Source: Macrostomum lignano | Lineage: Eukaryota | Direction: 5' to 3' | Assembly: GCA_002269645.1 (NCBI GenBank) | Contig: NIVC01002406.1 | Location: 113,398-177,397, forward strand | Length of the DNA stretch: 64,000 nucleotides | Part shown: positions 60,379 to 64,000 of the stretch, in pieces | How the letters are laid out: each line of letters starts with the position of its first letter | Numbering within the stretch: position 1 is the stretch's first letter | Made by a program: the position numbers and the translations under genes | Notes under the pieces: generated by a model | Databases searched by the model: none | Told to the model about the DNA's origin: nothing | Seen by the model: the letters and a program-made list of their open reading frames with translations, nothing else

Positions 60379-62195
60379 GGACAGCAAAAAAGTCAGAATT
60401 TGGATGCTTCATTGTGCATTTGATTGATATTGTAGTAGCATAAAATCATTGAAAACATTTATTAGAAGATGTTTTAACTATACCACTTATAGTAGCGAGT
60501 GCTAGGTTTGATAGAACTAAGTCCATAAGTCCTGTTCGTGATGTGTAAAGTTCTTTCGGAGAATTGTCAACAGTCAAAGCATTATCACATGAAGATCCGC
60601 GTCTCCCCTCATTCTTTAGTGAGGAAAAATTTGTCAAAGGCTCGAAAGCTACCACTAAAAATGCCTGACCGGTGCTTGTGATTCTGTGAAATATTTTTTG
60701 AAGTTTAAATACGCATCATAGTTGAAGCAACAATTAATAATTGATATATATACTTTAATTTCTTTCAAAACTTGATATATTTTGTTAAGTAAACTGTGTT
60801 GTTGCAAGATCAAACCAAAGTGGCACTGTCGATGTACATCAGAGCGGTTACAGTTGCGGGTGATGAAAGCATCGCATAGAGTTGTCAATGAGCCGTGCCT
60901 GCCACTATTAATGCTGTGGTCGATAATTGCATGCTCGCCAATTAAAGTTGCCAGCACATTTCTAGGGCTGTAAAAATAGGGAAAAGTACGTATGAAGTCC
61001 TTGATAAAAATTAGGAGGGAATTTCTGTCAGTACAAAAATAATAATCACGGTACTTTTCAAAACATTTTTTATACAAACGTCTGCAACAAGTAGATGAAA
61101 GCAGTGGAAGCATTAGGTATAAGACGGATTAAAAGCCTCTATGTTGATTGACAGTGTCATAAGTGCTTTGGTGCTCTCCTGAAAATTCTGTGAAGGGTGA
61201 CAGATTTCGTAATATTGTTTTGTGCAGCTGCCAGTCTTTGGGCAAAAACGATAGTCACTCGCTGCCCGAACCACTCAGGCAAAATACGGTCGCAACTTTG
61301 CTTCTGGAAGACAAAAAGGCTATAGTACTTGGAGCAGGTACATGCAGTATAAAGCAACTTCTGTGGAGCAAAAGGAGGTAAAAACCCAGGAACAAAAGAG
61401 AAAATAAAAATAAAGCCTATTACTAATAATTTTACTAATTGCTTGCAAAACTTTTCTGTCGAATCCAACCTATGGAGAAGGCAGTAAACATACTTTAAAA
61501 GATTGAAGCACTGCAGAGATTTAAGCCGAATAGCGATATAATTGTCTTACATGCTGGCATCAACTGCGAATGCGAAATAAACGAACGTCTTACGAACTTC
61601 TTATTACCGTCGAAGAAGCGCTCAAGATATTTCAGTGTGAGGGAGGCTGTTTTGCGAGCCATTCCACTGAAGATGACATCGGGTGGAGAGCAGACAACTT
61701 GTACGTCTTCCAAGCTGAAGCCCACATCTTTAGAAAGTGGAGAAATTTGAAAAGTGAAAAACTGTGGACAACACGATGCAACCTTTCACATGAGTTTTCT
61801 GCTCATTGTGGATTTGGCAGTCTATTGTACGGGACAGTGTTTACTGGTAGGAATTTTGTGCACTATTTCAAATGTTCACTTTCTACAGTTCTCTAGGTTA
61901 GCAAAGTAACTCTGTTTTTATTGCATGATTAAAAACTGCCTGTAAATGGACAGGCGGAGAATTGACAATCGCATCCCCAACTCCAAGGACCCCCACCCAC
62001 CATTTTGCACACTCAGGGACGGCTTAAGTATCGTCCTTAAGTAGTCCTTGCTTGCACTAAAGATGAATTTTCAAAACTGATAGCAAGCTGTTTGTGAAAG
62101 AAGTTCGTGTCTTATATTCGGCTCAATAGCATAACATAAATATGAAAAACAATATTAACTGTGAGGAACAGAATGTTACAAAATAATCGGAAGCA

Positions 62196-63538
62196 TTAAC
62201 TAAACTTATTGTTCCTATTGTTCTTGATGCTGGGCAGCTGGCCCTTTGGCAGGAACATCTTGTGCGTACTCTGCTGCTGCTTTGAGCCGTAGAACTGTTG
62301 CTGCTTGCTCAGAGACTGATTAGCAAAGCCCAGCGCTGTGCCCGCGTCCGCCACGACGCTGCTTCCGCCCAGCAGAGCGGCGTGTCGCACAGCCGCGCCG
62401 GCTGCCATGGGGTGGTTGCTCGATGCCGCCAGCGCCCCGTGGCGATGAGGCTGCACCAGGCTGGGGAAGCTGAGCCCTGCGCCTCCGCCGCCTGCCAGTC
62501 GCGACTGCTGGTTTTGGCCATAGAGCTGCCCCATCCGGCGCCGGCGCAGCCGCTGCTGCTGCAACTCCTTCGCGTTGAACTTGTTGCCAAGCACGCTGCC
62601 GGCGGCCCCGACGGCTGCGGGACCTGCCGCCCCAGCTGGCGCATCCAGGACGGGCGTAAGTTTCCCCTTGCCTGCATCCGGCGCTGGAGCTAGGCTGCTG
62701 GTTGCCATAGTTACCTTCTGCCCAGCAGCTGCAGGTGACGGGCCAACACTGGTGGATGCTGTGGACACAGCTGCAGCGGCGGCCTCTGCCTGGGCGGAGC
62801 TTGCAACTGGTGCAGTGGCGACAGCGGCTCCGCTACCAGCCGTTGCTCGCTTTTGCTTCTGTTCCTGCTGGAACTGCTGAATGGCAGCTGCCAGCTCGCC
62901 TTTTGGCCGAAAGTCCCTGAAATAGGGTAGCTTGAGAAGACTTCGTGCTGAGGGCCTGGAGTCTGGATCATACTCCAGCATCTTCTTCACCACCTCGGCG
63001 CACTGGGGGCTCGCATTGCTGAGGAGGCTGTCTAGCCCAGTGCCCCGCTTCACTGCGAAGTTGTAGGAAATGTGCCGTGACTTGCCCTTGAACTTCAGCA
63101 GAACGTCGGACATTGGCGTTCCCAGAATTTCGTGTATTTTGGCGATCTGATCGACCTCATTAGATCCGGGAAATAGCGGGCGCAGTGACGTCACCTCGTA
63201 GATTACGCAGCCGGCACTCCAGATGTCCATTGCGGCGCCGTAGAAGCCGTCCGTCAGCAGACACTCCGGTGCCCGGTACCACCTTGTGCTGATGTACTCA
63301 GTGAAAGGCGGGTGGGATTTCACCGACCGACAGGAGCCAAAGTCGGCCAACTTAAGCCGATCATCGCGAATTAACAAGTTTTCCGGCTTAACGTCCCTGC
63401 AATGAATTGTTGAAAGGGTTCTGACACTTATTGAAGGCATTTACGAGCTCATTCGGACCTAAGTATTCACCTAAACTGTTTTTGTATTCTAGCTAGCAAT
63501 CTTATGAGCGTATATAGTTCTATCTATCTATCTATATA

Positions 63539-63576
<38 letters not shown>

Positions 63577-64000
63577 ATCTACGGTATGTCTTGATACTAC
63601 CTTCATTCATGTAGCTCTTGCCACTTGCGAGTGTTCAAAACCACTGCACGGAGACAATTTAATTTCCAAGACCCTTTATACAACCTATAGAGCTTTATTT
63701 TGCATTCAATTTGATCGTTTGAAGCGAGGAAGTAATTTTAAGATCGAGTAAAACTAAAAAACAATGGCAAATGTTTTAAAATATATTCTGAGCCTTACCT
63801 GTGAAAGATGCCCAGTTTGTGCATATGGTCAATGCCTCTCATCATTTGCCACATTAAAGCCTGAACCTTAGCTTCAGGCAAATAGTGCCTGCGGCCGCGA
63901 ATGAACTCGTACAGGTTCATTTCCATCAGTTCCAGCACCAGCACCAAGCTGCCTGACCGCTTGTCGTACACTATCTCCTCCAGCTGGACGATGAACGGGT
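62196..64000 (-). CDS. MOK: MOK (RAGE1/STK30) MAPK/MAK/MRK-overlapping Ser/Thr kinase, 5' part beyond the window
   Basis: Exons 64000-63799 (PFIVQLEEIV..ELMEMNLYE..HKLGIFHR) and 63396-62196 (DVKPEN..KLADFGSCRS..TEYISTRWYRAPECLLTDGFY..LFPGSNEVDQI) joined at a phase-2 GT-AG intron. Confidence 0.93.
63518..63576. repeat. (tcta)n microsatellite in the MOK intron
   Basis: Direct reading. Confidence 0.9.

Overview
AT-rich animal genomic DNA with GT-AG spliced, GC-richer exons. Nothing prokaryotic is present. A flatworm such as Macrostomum is my inference from exon style and the non-LTR RT relic, not proven. The first ~38 kb is almost entirely transposon and satellite DNA. Its centre is a six-level stack of nested DNA transposons (3337-17552), delimited by terminal inverted repeats (TIRs) and, for all but one level, target-site duplications (TSDs). 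The stack contains a young, apparently intact 5.7 kb Mutator (MULE/Phantom-like) element whose three-exon transposase fuses a PHD finger, an acidic 19-aa repeat, a FLYWCH domain and the MULE DDE core. The last 25 kb holds host genes: a five-exon BET bromodomain gene (BRD4-like), a PHF7/G2E3-like ePHD-RING-PHD gene whose first coding exon I could not locate, a single-pass membrane protein ORF, and the 3' part of a MOK kinase gene on the minus strand. It also holds a dead non-LTR retrotransposon, a SINE-like head and a 68-bp hairpin tandem array. All coordinates were read by eye; no database searches were run.
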